A stretch of DNA of 64,000 nucleotides from an uncultured Acidobacteriota bacterium (GTDB lineage Bacteria; Acidobacteriota; Terriglobia; Terriglobales; Acidobacteriaceae). The stretch spans positions 269,069 to 333,068 of the forward strand of contig CAWIAE010000016.1 of NCBI GenBank assembly GCA_963833995.1. The letters run 5' to 3'. Position numbers and translations under genes: made by a program. The notes under the pieces are model-generated. The model did no database searches and had not been told where the DNA came from. It was given only the letters and a program-made list of their open reading frames with translations. Below, one piece after another: positions 56,000-64,000 of this stretch (positions within the stretch are counted from its first letter, which is position 1; each line of letters opens with the position of its first letter).

Positions 56000-56605
56000 C
56001 CATCCACGGCGCGACGCCGTCCACGATGACTCGATCTCGACGGTTCCTTCGACTCCGGTTGCGTAATGGCGGAAGCTCGACCATTTCCACTCCTCCGGTT
56101 TAGCGCACAGGCCGCGAACCACCGGATTGCGATGCATGTAGCGAAGCTTCTCCACCCGCTTCTCTTCGCTGTGAACGTTGAAGTCGTAATAGCGCGCCTG
56201 CCAGAAGGGCCGCTCGCCGCGTCTCATGGACACGGACAGTTTGAGCGCCTGCAGCGCGCGGGCCAGGGCGCCGCGGCGCGGCTCGCTCACCAGCAGGTGC
56301 ACATGCTCGGGCATCACGACATAACCCGCGACCACGAAGCAACAGCGCCGTCGTATGAGCTCCAGCGCGGACTCGAAAAGTTCGCGGGCCGCCGCGGTAT
56401 CCAGGTACGCAAGCCTCCGGTAACAACTGAAAGTGAGGAAATGAAAGTGACCGGTCTGCTGGTATCGAACGAGTCCACGGGGCATTTGCGGTTAGAATAC
56501 ATCGCCGCGCGTACTGTCTTGCTATCCCAGGTCCCCAAATGCGAGGGACCTGGGGCACCCAGAGTAAGAAGTGAGGAAGCATCCCTGAGACCAGGGCCAC
56601 CCACC
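55866..56605 (-). mobile_element. RAYT/REPtron element with ~85-bp inverted ends
   Basis: Left end ggctggcccgggtc..gggtgccccaggtccctcgc..ggggacctgggatagc is mirrored at 56521-56605. Confidence 0.85.
55898..56485 (-). CDS. REP-associated tyrosine transposase (RAYT, HUH Y1)
   Basis: HFLTF, VMPEHVHLL (HUH), FWQ.RYYD, YMHRNP, WSS. Confidence 0.93.
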   Translation of the reverse strand: MPRGLVRYQQTGHFHFLTFSCYRRLAYLDTAAARELFESALELIRRRCCFVVAGYVVMPEHVHLLVSEPRRGALARALQALKLSVSMRRGERPFWQARYYDFNVHSEEKRVEKLRYMHRNPVVRGLCAKPEEWKWSSFRHYATGVEGTVEIESSWTASRRGWQLPAGWELEGRAVEDRAIPGPQERGTWGTHLLW

Positions 56606-56663
56606 GTCTTCGGACTCTGGAGATCCACGAAATTCTCCTGAAGCTCCCGGTACAATAAAATGC

Positions 56664-57602
56664 ATGACCGAGCCGTCCCTGGTTGACCTTGTAGGAGTGG
56701 GGCTGAACGCCACTGACACTCTCATTCCCCTCTCCTCCTTCCCCCAGCGCGGCTCCAAAGTCGAGTACTCCCACGCATCCATCCTCCCCGGCGGCCAGAC
56801 CGCCACTACCGTCATCGCCTGCCAAACCTGGGGACTCACCACCCGCTACATCGGCAAGCTGGGCGATGACGATGCCGCCACTCTGCATCGTCGCGAATTC
56901 GCCCGCACCGGCGTCGACGCCCGCCTCATCACCGTGCCCCACTCCGCCAGCCCACAGTCATTGATCATCGTCGATGGAGGAGGCGAGCGCACCGTTCTTT
57001 GCCGCCGCGACGAGCGCCTGCTCCTCCAGCCCGCCGACCTCCACCGCTCCTGGATCGTGAACGCCCGCGCCCTCCACGTCGATGGCTTTGAAACCGCTGC
57101 CGCCACCATGGCCGCCGGCTGGGCCCGCGCCGCAGGCATCCCCGTCGTCGCCGACCTCGACGAGCTGTATCCCGGCGTGGAAGACCTCATCGACAACATC
57201 GACTACCTCATCGTCAGCCGCGACTTCCCCGCCCGCCTCACCGGCGAGCGCTCCCTCGAGCAGGCCCTCCGCCGCATGAAGAGCCGCTACGCATGCACCG
57301 TCACCGCCGCAACCCTGGGCGAAGACGGCGTCCTCGCCTGGGACGGCAGCCACTTCCATCTCCGCCCCGCCTACCGCGTCGCCGTCGCCGACACCACCGG
57401 AGCCGGCGACATCTTTCACGCCGGCTTCATCTACGGCCTGCTGCAAGGCTGGCCCCTCGCCCGCCAGCTGGACTTCGCCTGCGCTGCCGCCGCCCTCAAT
57501 TGCACCGCCACCGGCGCCCGCGGAGGCATCGGCCCTGTCCAGGTCGTCGAATCCCTCATGTCCACCACGCCCCGCTATACCGTCGCCCCCGCCGCCGACT
57601 GA
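56664..57602 (+). CDS. PfkB-family carbohydrate kinase
   Basis: PGG, TLGEDG, DTTGAGDIF. Confidence 0.92.
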   Translation: MTEPSLVDLVGVGLNATDTLIPLSSFPQRGSKVEYSHASILPGGQTATTVIACQTWGLTTRYIGKLGDDDAATLHRREFARTGVDARLITVPHSASPQSLIIVDGGGERTVLCRRDERLLLQPADLHRSWIVNARALHVDGFETAAATMAAGWARAAGIPVVADLDELYPGVEDLIDNIDYLIVSRDFPARLTGERSLEQALRRMKSRYACTVTAATLGEDGVLAWDGSHFHLRPAYRVAVADTTGAGDIFHAGFIYGLLQGWPLARQLDFACAAAALNCTATGARGGIGPVQVVESLMSTTPRYTVAPAAD

Positions 57603-57681
57603 CAAAAACTGCCAAATTCCTTCGCTACCAGCCCGCTGCCATTGCCCAAACCCACCCTCCCGGCTTACCATTCCTCTGCAA

Positions 57682-57697
57682 TTGAAATCGTTTCCAA
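57682..57697. promoter_or_regulatory. LacI-family operator-like site
   Basis: TTGAAATCGTTTCCAA immediately upstream of the GH27 gene. Confidence 0.5.
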
Positions 57698-57709
57698 AAG
57701 GACCCCGCA

Positions 57710-58915
57710 ATGCGCCTCTCCGCATCGTTGCCGCTCGCCATTCTTGCCTTGACCTGCCTCACCGCCTCATCCAAAACGCCAGCCCCACCGCAGGTGGTGG
57801 CCGCAACACCCCCCATGGGATGGAATAGCTGGAACTTCTTCGCCGACAAGGTCACTGACAAGGACATCCGTGCCGCCGCCGACCAGCTCGTCTCCACCGG
57901 CATGAAAGACGCCGGCTACATCTACGTCAACATCGACGACACCTGGGAAGGTGAGCGCGACGCCAGCGGCGAACTGCATACCAACTCCAAGTTCCCCGAC
58001 ATGAAGGCCCTCGCCGACTACGTCCACTCCAAGGGCCTCAAAATCGGCATCTACTCCGGCCCCGGCCCCAAAACCTGCGGAGGCTACGCCGGCTCCCTCG
58101 GCCATGAGGAACAGGACGCAAAAATGTATGCCGCATGGGGCATCGACTACCTCAAATACGACCTCTGCAGCTTCATCCCCGAGGTCATGGAGAAGCAGGC
58201 TCCCAACGACAAGGCCGAGCAGATGCGACTCATGGTGGCCGCCTACGCCAAGATGTCCAAAGCCCTCAAAGCCACCGGCCGCCCCATCGTCTTCTCCCTC
58301 TGCCAGTACGGTTGGGATGCCGTTTGGGAGTGGGCGCCCGCCCTCGGCGGCAACTCATGGCGCACCACCGGCGACATCGACCCCCACTGGGATCGCGTCT
58401 ACGCCATCCTCAGCCAGCAGGAGGGACTCGAAGCCTACGCCGGCCCCGGCCATTGGAACGATCCCGACATGCTTGAAGTGGGCAACGGCGACCTCACCCT
58501 GCCCGAAAATCGCTCCCACTTCTCCATGTGGGCCATGCTCGCCTCGCCGCTTCTCGCCGGCAACGACCTGCCCAACATGAAGCCCGAGATCAAGTCCATC
58601 CTCACCAACCGCGACGTCATCGCCATCGATCAGGATCCGCTCGGCAAACAGGCCCGCCGCGTCTATTCTGACGGCGAAGTCGACGTCTGGACCCGCCATC
58701 TCCAGGGCGGTGCCATGGCCGTAGCCGTGCTCGACGCCGGCAGCCCCCGCTACTCCACCCATCCCTTCCACCTGAACCTGGAAAAGCTCGGCCTCCACGG
58801 TTCGCAACAAGCCAAAGACCTATGGACCGGCAAGGACATCGAACTCACCAACAACATGCCCCTCGAACTGGCCGAGCACGACATCCTGCTGGTCCGCATC
58901 GCCGCACCAAAGTAG
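57710..58915 (+). CDS. GH27 alpha-galactosidase family
   Basis: PPMGWNSW, IDDTW, DYLKYD, SWRTTGDI, WNDPDML. Confidence 0.93.
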   Translation: MRLSASLPLAILALTCLTASSKTPAPPQVVAATPPMGWNSWNFFADKVTDKDIRAAADQLVSTGMKDAGYIYVNIDDTWEGERDASGELHTNSKFPDMKALADYVHSKGLKIGIYSGPGPKTCGGYAGSLGHEEQDAKMYAAWGIDYLKYDLCSFIPEVMEKQAPNDKAEQMRLMVAAYAKMSKALKATGRPIVFSLCQYGWDAVWEWAPALGGNSWRTTGDIDPHWDRVYAILSQQEGLEAYAGPGHWNDPDMLEVGNGDLTLPENRSHFSMWAMLASPLLAGNDLPNMKPEIKSILTNRDVIAIDQDPLGKQARRVYSDGEVDVWTRHLQGGAMAVAVLDAGSPRYSTHPFHLNLEKLGLHGSQQAKDLWTGKDIELTNNMPLELAEHDILLVRIAAPK

Positions 58916-58940
58916 TCGAATCTCACCACCGCACCAGGAC

Positions 58941-58970
58941 GCCACCCACCCGCGATGAAGTGGGTGGCCC
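58941..58970. repeat. Hairpin containing the GGGTGGCCC end motif
   Basis: gccacccac-N10-gtgggtggc-cc. Confidence 0.5.
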
Positions 58971-58990
58971 CATCCCGGTGCTTCCAAAAC

Positions 58991-59110
58991 GCCGAGTTTT
59001 GAAAAGGCAGCCCAAGTCTCGAAGGGGCAGCCCGAGTTTTGAAAAGGCAGCCCGAGTCTTGAAAAGGCAGCCCGAGTCTCGAAAAGACAGCCCGAGTTTT
59101 GAAGGGGCAC
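58991..59110 (+). repeat. Tandem repeat, 6 x 20 bp
   Basis: Consensus CCCGAGTYTYGAARRGGCAG at 58991, 59011, 59031, 59051, 59071, 59091. Confidence 0.95.
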
Positions 59111-59166
59111 GACTTCAGTCGTGCCATAAGTGCAAGAGATAATGCCCGGCTTTAGCCGCTGAGGGA
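59101..59166 (+). repeat. Two-hairpin REP
   Basis: ggcacgact-tc-agtcgtgcc ... cggctttagccg-ctgaggg. Confidence 0.8.
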
Positions 59167-59256
59167 AGTCTTTGCGAGCTCCCCAGCTTCCCGGCATCCC
59201 CCCATCAATAGCCCCCCACCGCAGCTCTCTAGCTCGAACGGTACGATGGAAGACAC

Positions 59257-60240
59257 ATGCCGCCCGCCGCTCGCCCCACCACTGCCGCTCCCACCCGATT
59301 GGCAATCATGTTTGCCTTCGTGTGTGTCTACCTCGGCTGGGGAGCCACCTACACTGCCATGAGCATCGGTGTCCGGTTTCTTCCCGCCACCGTTCTCGCC
59401 GGAACGCGCATGCTCGTCGGCGCAGTCATCATGCTGGCTTTCTGCGCCCTCACCGGAAAACAGCTCTTCCATAGCTGGGGAGTTCTCCTCCGCCTCGGCC
59501 TGGTTGGACTTCTGCTCCTCTTCGGCGGAAACATCGGCCTCGTCTGGAGCGAGAAATACATCGCCAGCGGTCTCGCCGCCCTCCTCGTCGCCGTCGTCCC
59601 GCTCTACGTGGCCGTCATTGAGTCGCTGCTCCCCTCAGGAGAGCGGCTCTCCTCGCGCGGAATCGCCGGCGTCGCCCTCGGCCTGCTGGCCCTCGTGGCC
59701 TTGCTCTGGCCCAGCCTGCACGCTGCCGCCGGCATCCATGGCCGCGGCCACCCCATGCAGGTCATCGCCGCCTTCGTCGTCCTTCTCGGCGGGCTCAGTT
59801 GGGCCACCGGCTCCGTACTCTTCCGCCATCTGCGCTTGCCCGTACATCCTCTCGCCGCCGCCGGGTGGGAGATGCTCGCCGCCGGTCTTTTGAACATGAT
59901 CCTCGCCACCCTCACCTGGCAGTGGCCCCATGCCGTGTGGAACCGGGAAAGCATCGGCGCCGTCGGCTACCTCGTGCTCTTTGGATCCCTCTTCGGATTC
60001 TCCTGCTACATCTGGCTCATTCACCATGTGCCCGTAGCCAAGGTCGCGACCTATGCGTACGTGAATCCCGTAGTGGCCGTCCTTCTCGGCGCCGCCATAC
60101 TCGGCGAGCATCTCCACCGCTCGGAGTACGTAGGCATGGCCGCCGTCATCGTCGCCGTAGCCCTCGTCACCACGTCCCAAACCAGGAGCGGCCGCCCCAG
60201 AGCAGAAATCGAAGTCAGCCCCCTGGAACACGAAGCATGA
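59257..60240 (+). CDS. EamA/DMT transporter (YedA-like)
   Basis: WGATY, SGLAAL, FGS, TYAYVNPVVAV.LG..ILGE. Confidence 0.92.
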   Translation: MPPAARPTTAAPTRLAIMFAFVCVYLGWGATYTAMSIGVRFLPATVLAGTRMLVGAVIMLAFCALTGKQLFHSWGVLLRLGLVGLLLLFGGNIGLVWSEKYIASGLAALLVAVVPLYVAVIESLLPSGERLSSRGIAGVALGLLALVALLWPSLHAAAGIHGRGHPMQVIAAFVVLLGGLSWATGSVLFRHLRLPVHPLAAAGWEMLAAGLLNMILATLTWQWPHAVWNRESIGAVGYLVLFGSLFGFSCYIWLIHHVPVAKVATYAYVNPVVAVLLGAAILGEHLHRSEYVGMAAVIVAVALVTTSQTRSGRPRAEIEVSPLEHEA

Positions 60241-60316
60241 TTCTTTCAGTTTGAAAACCGCCCATCAGATTCCCCAACAATAGCCGACTTGGCGGTACAA
60301 ATGTGGAGTTTGAACC

Positions 60317-61026
60317 CTAAGCCCCGAAAGCGGTATAGATGACATCTCCGCCAAATACCTCGTCAGGCACATCCGGAATACTTCTATTCACTTTGGTGAA
60401 CCAGCCGTTTAGGATTTCAGGCGCGGAGGGGCGAGACATCTTAAACCCGTCATAGACCCTCTTGCTCATCAGGACGGGCGGCGTTGCTGGGGTAATCACG
60501 ATGCGCTCCTTCACCACAGTGAAGGAATGAAAGTTTGGTGCCACCATCGCTCGTCGCACTTCGTCGTAGGTGAATTTCTGAACGAACTCATGAGGCCATT
60601 CATCGTGGTAGAGCGGCGGCGTTCCGTTATAGAGGTAGTCGTAACCGACTCTGAGCTTTACGAACTCGCGCGCCTCTTCAGGCTTGTTCGCGTTGTCCGT
60701 GAGCTTGGAGGCGACGTTTGCCGGTCTCCCAAGCCACACAAGCGAGCGGTAGCTTTGCTGCGCGGAACCGTGACGTCGGATTCCTGTCTTAGTGGCAAGC
60801 ATGCGTCCGTAGTCGATGCCAATTCCAAAGCTCACTTCTTCATGTGGGAAACGCTTATTGATGACATATTGGCAAACGCTGTTTATCAGGATTGAGGTGT
60901 ACACAGCATTTGCATAGCAGTCGGGGCTATCGAACAGCATCATCACTCGGTCGCCAATAATGCCCCGCACTTCTCCGTTGAAGACCTTCGCGCATCGCGC
61001 CATCGCTCGCACAAAAGCGGAGTAGA
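60317..61026 (-). pseudogene. 5'-truncated class III nucleotide cyclase
   Basis: IIGDRVM, GIGIDYG, WLGRPANVASKL; N-terminus missing at the REP end; lower GC. Confidence 0.8.
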
Positions 61027-61129
61027 GGCGGGTGGCCCAGGTCTCAGGATTCCGGCTCCAGCATAGATGGGTGCCCCAGGTCTCGCTTTTGAGACCTGGG
61101 AAAGCAACGAACCTCGTCCAGCCAATCTG
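61027..61129 (+). repeat. REP end unit (copy A)
   Basis: 100/103 identical to 61620-61722. Confidence 0.92.
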
Positions 61130-61212
61130 GCGGGTGGTCCTGGTCTCATACCGCACATGATCAAGCTGAGGGTGCCACCGGTCCCTCCCTAGCCTTTGGG
61201 GACCGGGGAGGG
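61129..61212 (+). repeat. Divergent REP end unit attached to the RAYT remnant
   Basis: ggcgggtggtcctggtctca-N-gggtgccaccggtccc...ggggaccgggg. Confidence 0.8.
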
Positions 61213-61490
61213 AGAATCGAACTGCCCGTGGCGCATCCACTCGGGAAGTTGCCATCCTCGCTCGCGGGCCGTCCATTCCGATTTGATTTCTACGGTGCCG
61301 TGCATGCCGGTTTGATAGTGGCGATAGCTTGACCAAAACCACTCCTCGGGCTTGGTAACGAGGCCGCGCTTGACCGGATTGCGATGAAGATAGCGCAACT
61401 TCTCCACGAACTTCTGCTGCGACGACACGTTGAAATCGTAGTAATGCGCCTGCCAAAAGGGCCTTTCGCGGCTGCGCATCGAAACACGCC
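61189..61490 (-). pseudogene. 3' half of a second RAYT
   Basis: VSMRSRERPFWQAHYYDFNV...YLHRNPVKRGL..WSSYRHY, paralogous to 55898-56485; HUH half absent. Confidence 0.88.
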
Positions 61491-61619
61491 AAAGACCGGT
61501 CAAGACCCCAGGCCCACAAAATTCTTCCAAGTCCCTCATTTAGCTCGCCATTCTCGCCATCGCCATTTGCAGATCATTTCCCGCTTCCGCGCAGAATAAG
61601 AATTGATATGGAACACCGG

Positions 61620-61722
61620 GGCGGGTGGCCCAGGTCTCAGGATTCCGGCTCCAGCATGGATGGGTGCCCCAGGTCTCGCTTTTGAGACCTGGGAAAGCAA
61701 CAAACCTCGTCCTGCCAATCTG
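61620..61722 (+). repeat. REP end unit (copy B)
   Basis: Direct repeat of 61027-61129. Confidence 0.92.
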
Positions 61723-61970
61723 CGGGCAATCGCGCCGCGCGTCCAATCGCTCCCGGAAGGAGCCGTCGCGACTGTTAGAGACATAATCGGCGTCTGCGAG
61801 CGCCGTAGCGATAATGGCTCATCGATGACCTCAACGCCTATCCGCCCAAAAAATTCTCACCTCGATTTGCAGATAATTACGCGCCCCCGTGTACAACAAG
61901 AATGTCAGCGGTTCAAAATATCAGCCATCTGCCCGCTCCAAACGGACAGGGACAGCCACCCCACCCCCCT

Positions 61971-62108
61971 CCCATTCGTGACTTATAAGTCACGGATGGG
62001 AAGCTCAACCCGGCGGGCGGCCCATCGAATCCGGCGTCCAAAGCGCTGAAAACTGGATAGGATGAGCGGGTATCGCGCGCCCCCACGGTCTGTGACGTAT
62101 AAGTCACA
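61971..62108. other. Two GTGAC(T/G)TATAAGTCAC palindromes
   Basis: cccattcgtgacttataagtcacggatggg (61971-62000) and tgtgacgtataagtcaca (62091-62108). Confidence 0.8.
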
Positions 62109-62295
62109 ATCGCGGCAAACTGCCTCTCCGACCGCCCGGATTCCCCAGGACCGCGCTCTCAATCCATTTGATTGGCTGCTCTCGAACCGGCTCCAATCGC
62201 GAACGGGGGGGTGCCCCCGCTATCGCGTGACTCCTCTACAAAACAAGCCACATCGACCGAAAGATTCAGGATGAATGGCCGTTTCGGCGAACAAA

Positions 62296-63270
62296 CTACC
62301 GCACGCGCCCCAGGTACACTCCGAACCAGCCGCGCGCATCCGTCCAGCTAGCCGCCGGCGCGAATCCTGCTCTTCGCAGCATCGCCTCCGGCTGCCCCGG
62401 CCGGTACTTGTAGCTGTTCTCCGTATGGATAGTTTCGCCCTCGCCGAATTGCACTTCCAATTCCAGCGCTTCCATTCGCACCCTCTGCGCGATCCGGCTC
62501 GCCAGGTGCATCTCGATCCGCGACTCCGCCGCGTTCCAGACCGCCCGGTGCTCAAACGCCTCCAGGTCGAAATCTCCACCCAGCTCAAAGTTCAGCCGCG
62601 CCAGCATGTTCAGGTTGAAAGCCGCAGTCACGCCTGCCACGTCGTCATACGCGGCCAGCAAAGTTGCTTCGTCCTTCACCAGGTCAACGCCCAGCAGCAA
62701 ACCGTCGCCCGGCTTCAGTCCTGCGCAAATCATCTTCAGCAGTTCGTCAGCCTCCCACGGATCAAAATTCCCGATGCTCGATCCGATATACAGCACCAGT
62801 TGCCGCTCGTTGCTATCTTCCAGGTGCAAGCCATGCGTGTAGTCCGCGGTATGCGAAACCACTGTGACCCCGGCAATCTCCCGTTCGATGCGTTCCTGCG
62901 CCGCTTCCAACGCGCTGCCTGAAACGTCCACCGGCTGGTAGACCACGGTCTTCTGGCGCGCCGTTGCAGCCGACAGCAGCAGCCGCGTCTTGTCCGCCGA
63001 TCCCGCGCCCAGCTCCACAATCCCCAGCCGCGCGCCCTGCGCCGCTTTCTTGATGATTGCCGTCGCATTCTCAGCAAGAATCCCGCGCTCTGTTCGCGTC
63101 AGGTAGTACTCGGGCCGCTCCGTGATCTCTTCAAACAGCCGCGATCCGGCATGGTCGTAAAAAAGCCAGGGTGGAAGCCGCTTGGGCTGCCTTTCCAGTC
63201 CTTCGCGGACCGCCGAAGCAATGTGATCCTCAACATCTAGGGTGATTTGGGGCAAAGAGATGGTAGTCAT
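62296..63270 (-). CDS. egtD: L-histidine N-alpha-methyltransferase
   Basis: FYD..GS.LF..IT..PEYY, ELGAG, GSSIGNF, AYDD..GVTAAFN, HTENSYKY. Confidence 0.95.
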   Translation of the reverse strand: MTTISLPQITLDVEDHIASAVREGLERQPKRLPPWLFYDHAGSRLFEEITERPEYYLTRTERGILAENATAIIKKAAQGARLGIVELGAGSADKTRLLLSAATARQKTVVYQPVDVSGSALEAAQERIEREIAGVTVVSHTADYTHGLHLEDSNERQLVLYIGSSIGNFDPWEADELLKMICAGLKPGDGLLLGVDLVKDEATLLAAYDDVAGVTAAFNLNMLARLNFELGGDFDLEAFEHRAVWNAAESRIEMHLASRIAQRVRMEALELEVQFGEGETIHTENSYKYRPGQPEAMLRRAGFAPAASWTDARGWFGVYLGRVR

Positions 63271-63303
63271 GCGCTCATTTGGATGCCACGGGTTCTTGGA
63301 TAG

Positions 63304-64000
63304 TTACTTTGAAGCCAACCGAATTCCCGAAAACTGCCACCGTGTCTCCGGCGCAAAGAAATTGCGGTAGCTTGACCGAACGTGCAGATCTGGTGTCACG
63401 CAAGATCCGCCACGCAGAACCATCTGTCCACTCATGAACTTGCCGTTGTATTCGCCCAGCGAACCGGCCAGCGGCCGAAACCCCGGGTAGCCCAGATAAG
63501 CGCTTGCTGTCCACTCCCAACAATCCCCAAAAAGCTGCCCCGGGACCGTTTTTTCCACAGGATTTCCACCATGGACCGCAGGTGCCAGCTTTCCCGAATC
63601 CAGCAGATTGCCCGCCACAGGCACCTCTTCCGCTGCGGCCTCCCACTCGAACTCCGTTGCCAGCCGCCGTCCCGCCCAGCGTGCGTAGGCATCGGCTTCA
63701 AAGTAGCTCACTTGGCTCACCGGCTGCGCCCCAACTTGCGCCATGGGCAGTTCCCCCCGCAGCGTAAATACGCGCCATTCGCCGCTTTCGCTGCTCCAGT
63801 AAAGCGGCGCCCGCCAGCCGTTCTGCTGCATTGCGTCCCAACCGGCAGACAGCCACAGTTCCGGCTTGCGATAACCCCCGTCGGCCATGAACTCGGCGTA
63901 TTCGGCACAAGTAACCAGCCTCTCAGCCAGCGAATAGGGCTCCAGCCATACCCGATGCCTGGGCCTCTCATTATCGAAGCAGAATTCCTCGCCGTCATAG
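63304..64000 (-). CDS. egtB: Ergothioneine sulfoxide synthase, C-terminal part (runs off the window)
   Basis: F.FDNE.PRH, SYFEADAYA.W, WEWT.SAY, GEYNGKFM, YRNFF...RWQFSG. Confidence 0.92.
   Translation of the reverse strand, partial: YDGEEFCFDNERPRHRVWLEPYSLAERLVTCAEYAEFMADGGYRKPELWLSAGWDAMQQNGWRAPLYWSSESGEWRVFTLRGELPMAQVGAQPVSQVSYFEADAYARWAGRRLATEFEWEAAAEEVPVAGNLLDSGKLAPAVHGGNPVEKTVPGQLFGDCWEWTASAYLGYPGFRPLAGSLGEYNGKFMSGQMVLRGGSCVTPDLHVRSSYRNFFAPETRWQFSGIRLASK

Noticed and set aside
58991-59110. Possible CRISPR array
   Set aside because: The units are contiguous with no unique spacers, and there are no cas genes.
60317-61519. 400-aa ORF as a genuine full-length gene
   Set aside because: The N-terminal ~160 aa is off-frame RAYT remnant plus REP sequence; only the C-terminal part is cyclase.
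62296-64000. egtB-egtD as a novel pathway
   Set aside because: This is a well-known ergothioneine gene pair, and the upstream context is outside the window.

Overview
GC-rich bacterial chromosome segment. Gene content and repeat style suggest Acidobacteriota (inference). Housekeeping blocks: serS, rnhB, gap-pgk-tpiA, lptA/C-lptB-rpoN-hpf-rapZ, glyQS, mqnC, prfA-prmC, egtB-egtD. Accessory genes: msrPQ with a MogA/MoaB protein, glycoside hydrolases, a CoA-transferase/2-oxoacid:ferredoxin oxidoreductase/IlvE operon, a GHMP-kinase/UDP-sugar pyrophosphorylase fusion, and two Phd-PIN toxin-antitoxin pairs. The most notable signal is a REP/RAYT (HUH Y1 transposase) system. One intact RAYT is bracketed by ~85-bp inverted ends. 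Copies of the end have a fixed 5' terminus (GGYGGGTGGCCC) and variable-length trailing DNA, and they are stacked at 55.7 kb and 61.0-61.7 kb, where one abuts a truncated nucleotide cyclase gene. Two different REP families lie in-frame inside prmC. Separately, CAGTG-based heptamer repeats bracket each gene inserted into the glycolytic operon. Essential genes at ~39-50.4 kb carry many frameshifts that are probably sequencing errors, and strand composition shifts near 47-48 kb. No rRNA, tRNA or CRISPR array was seen.
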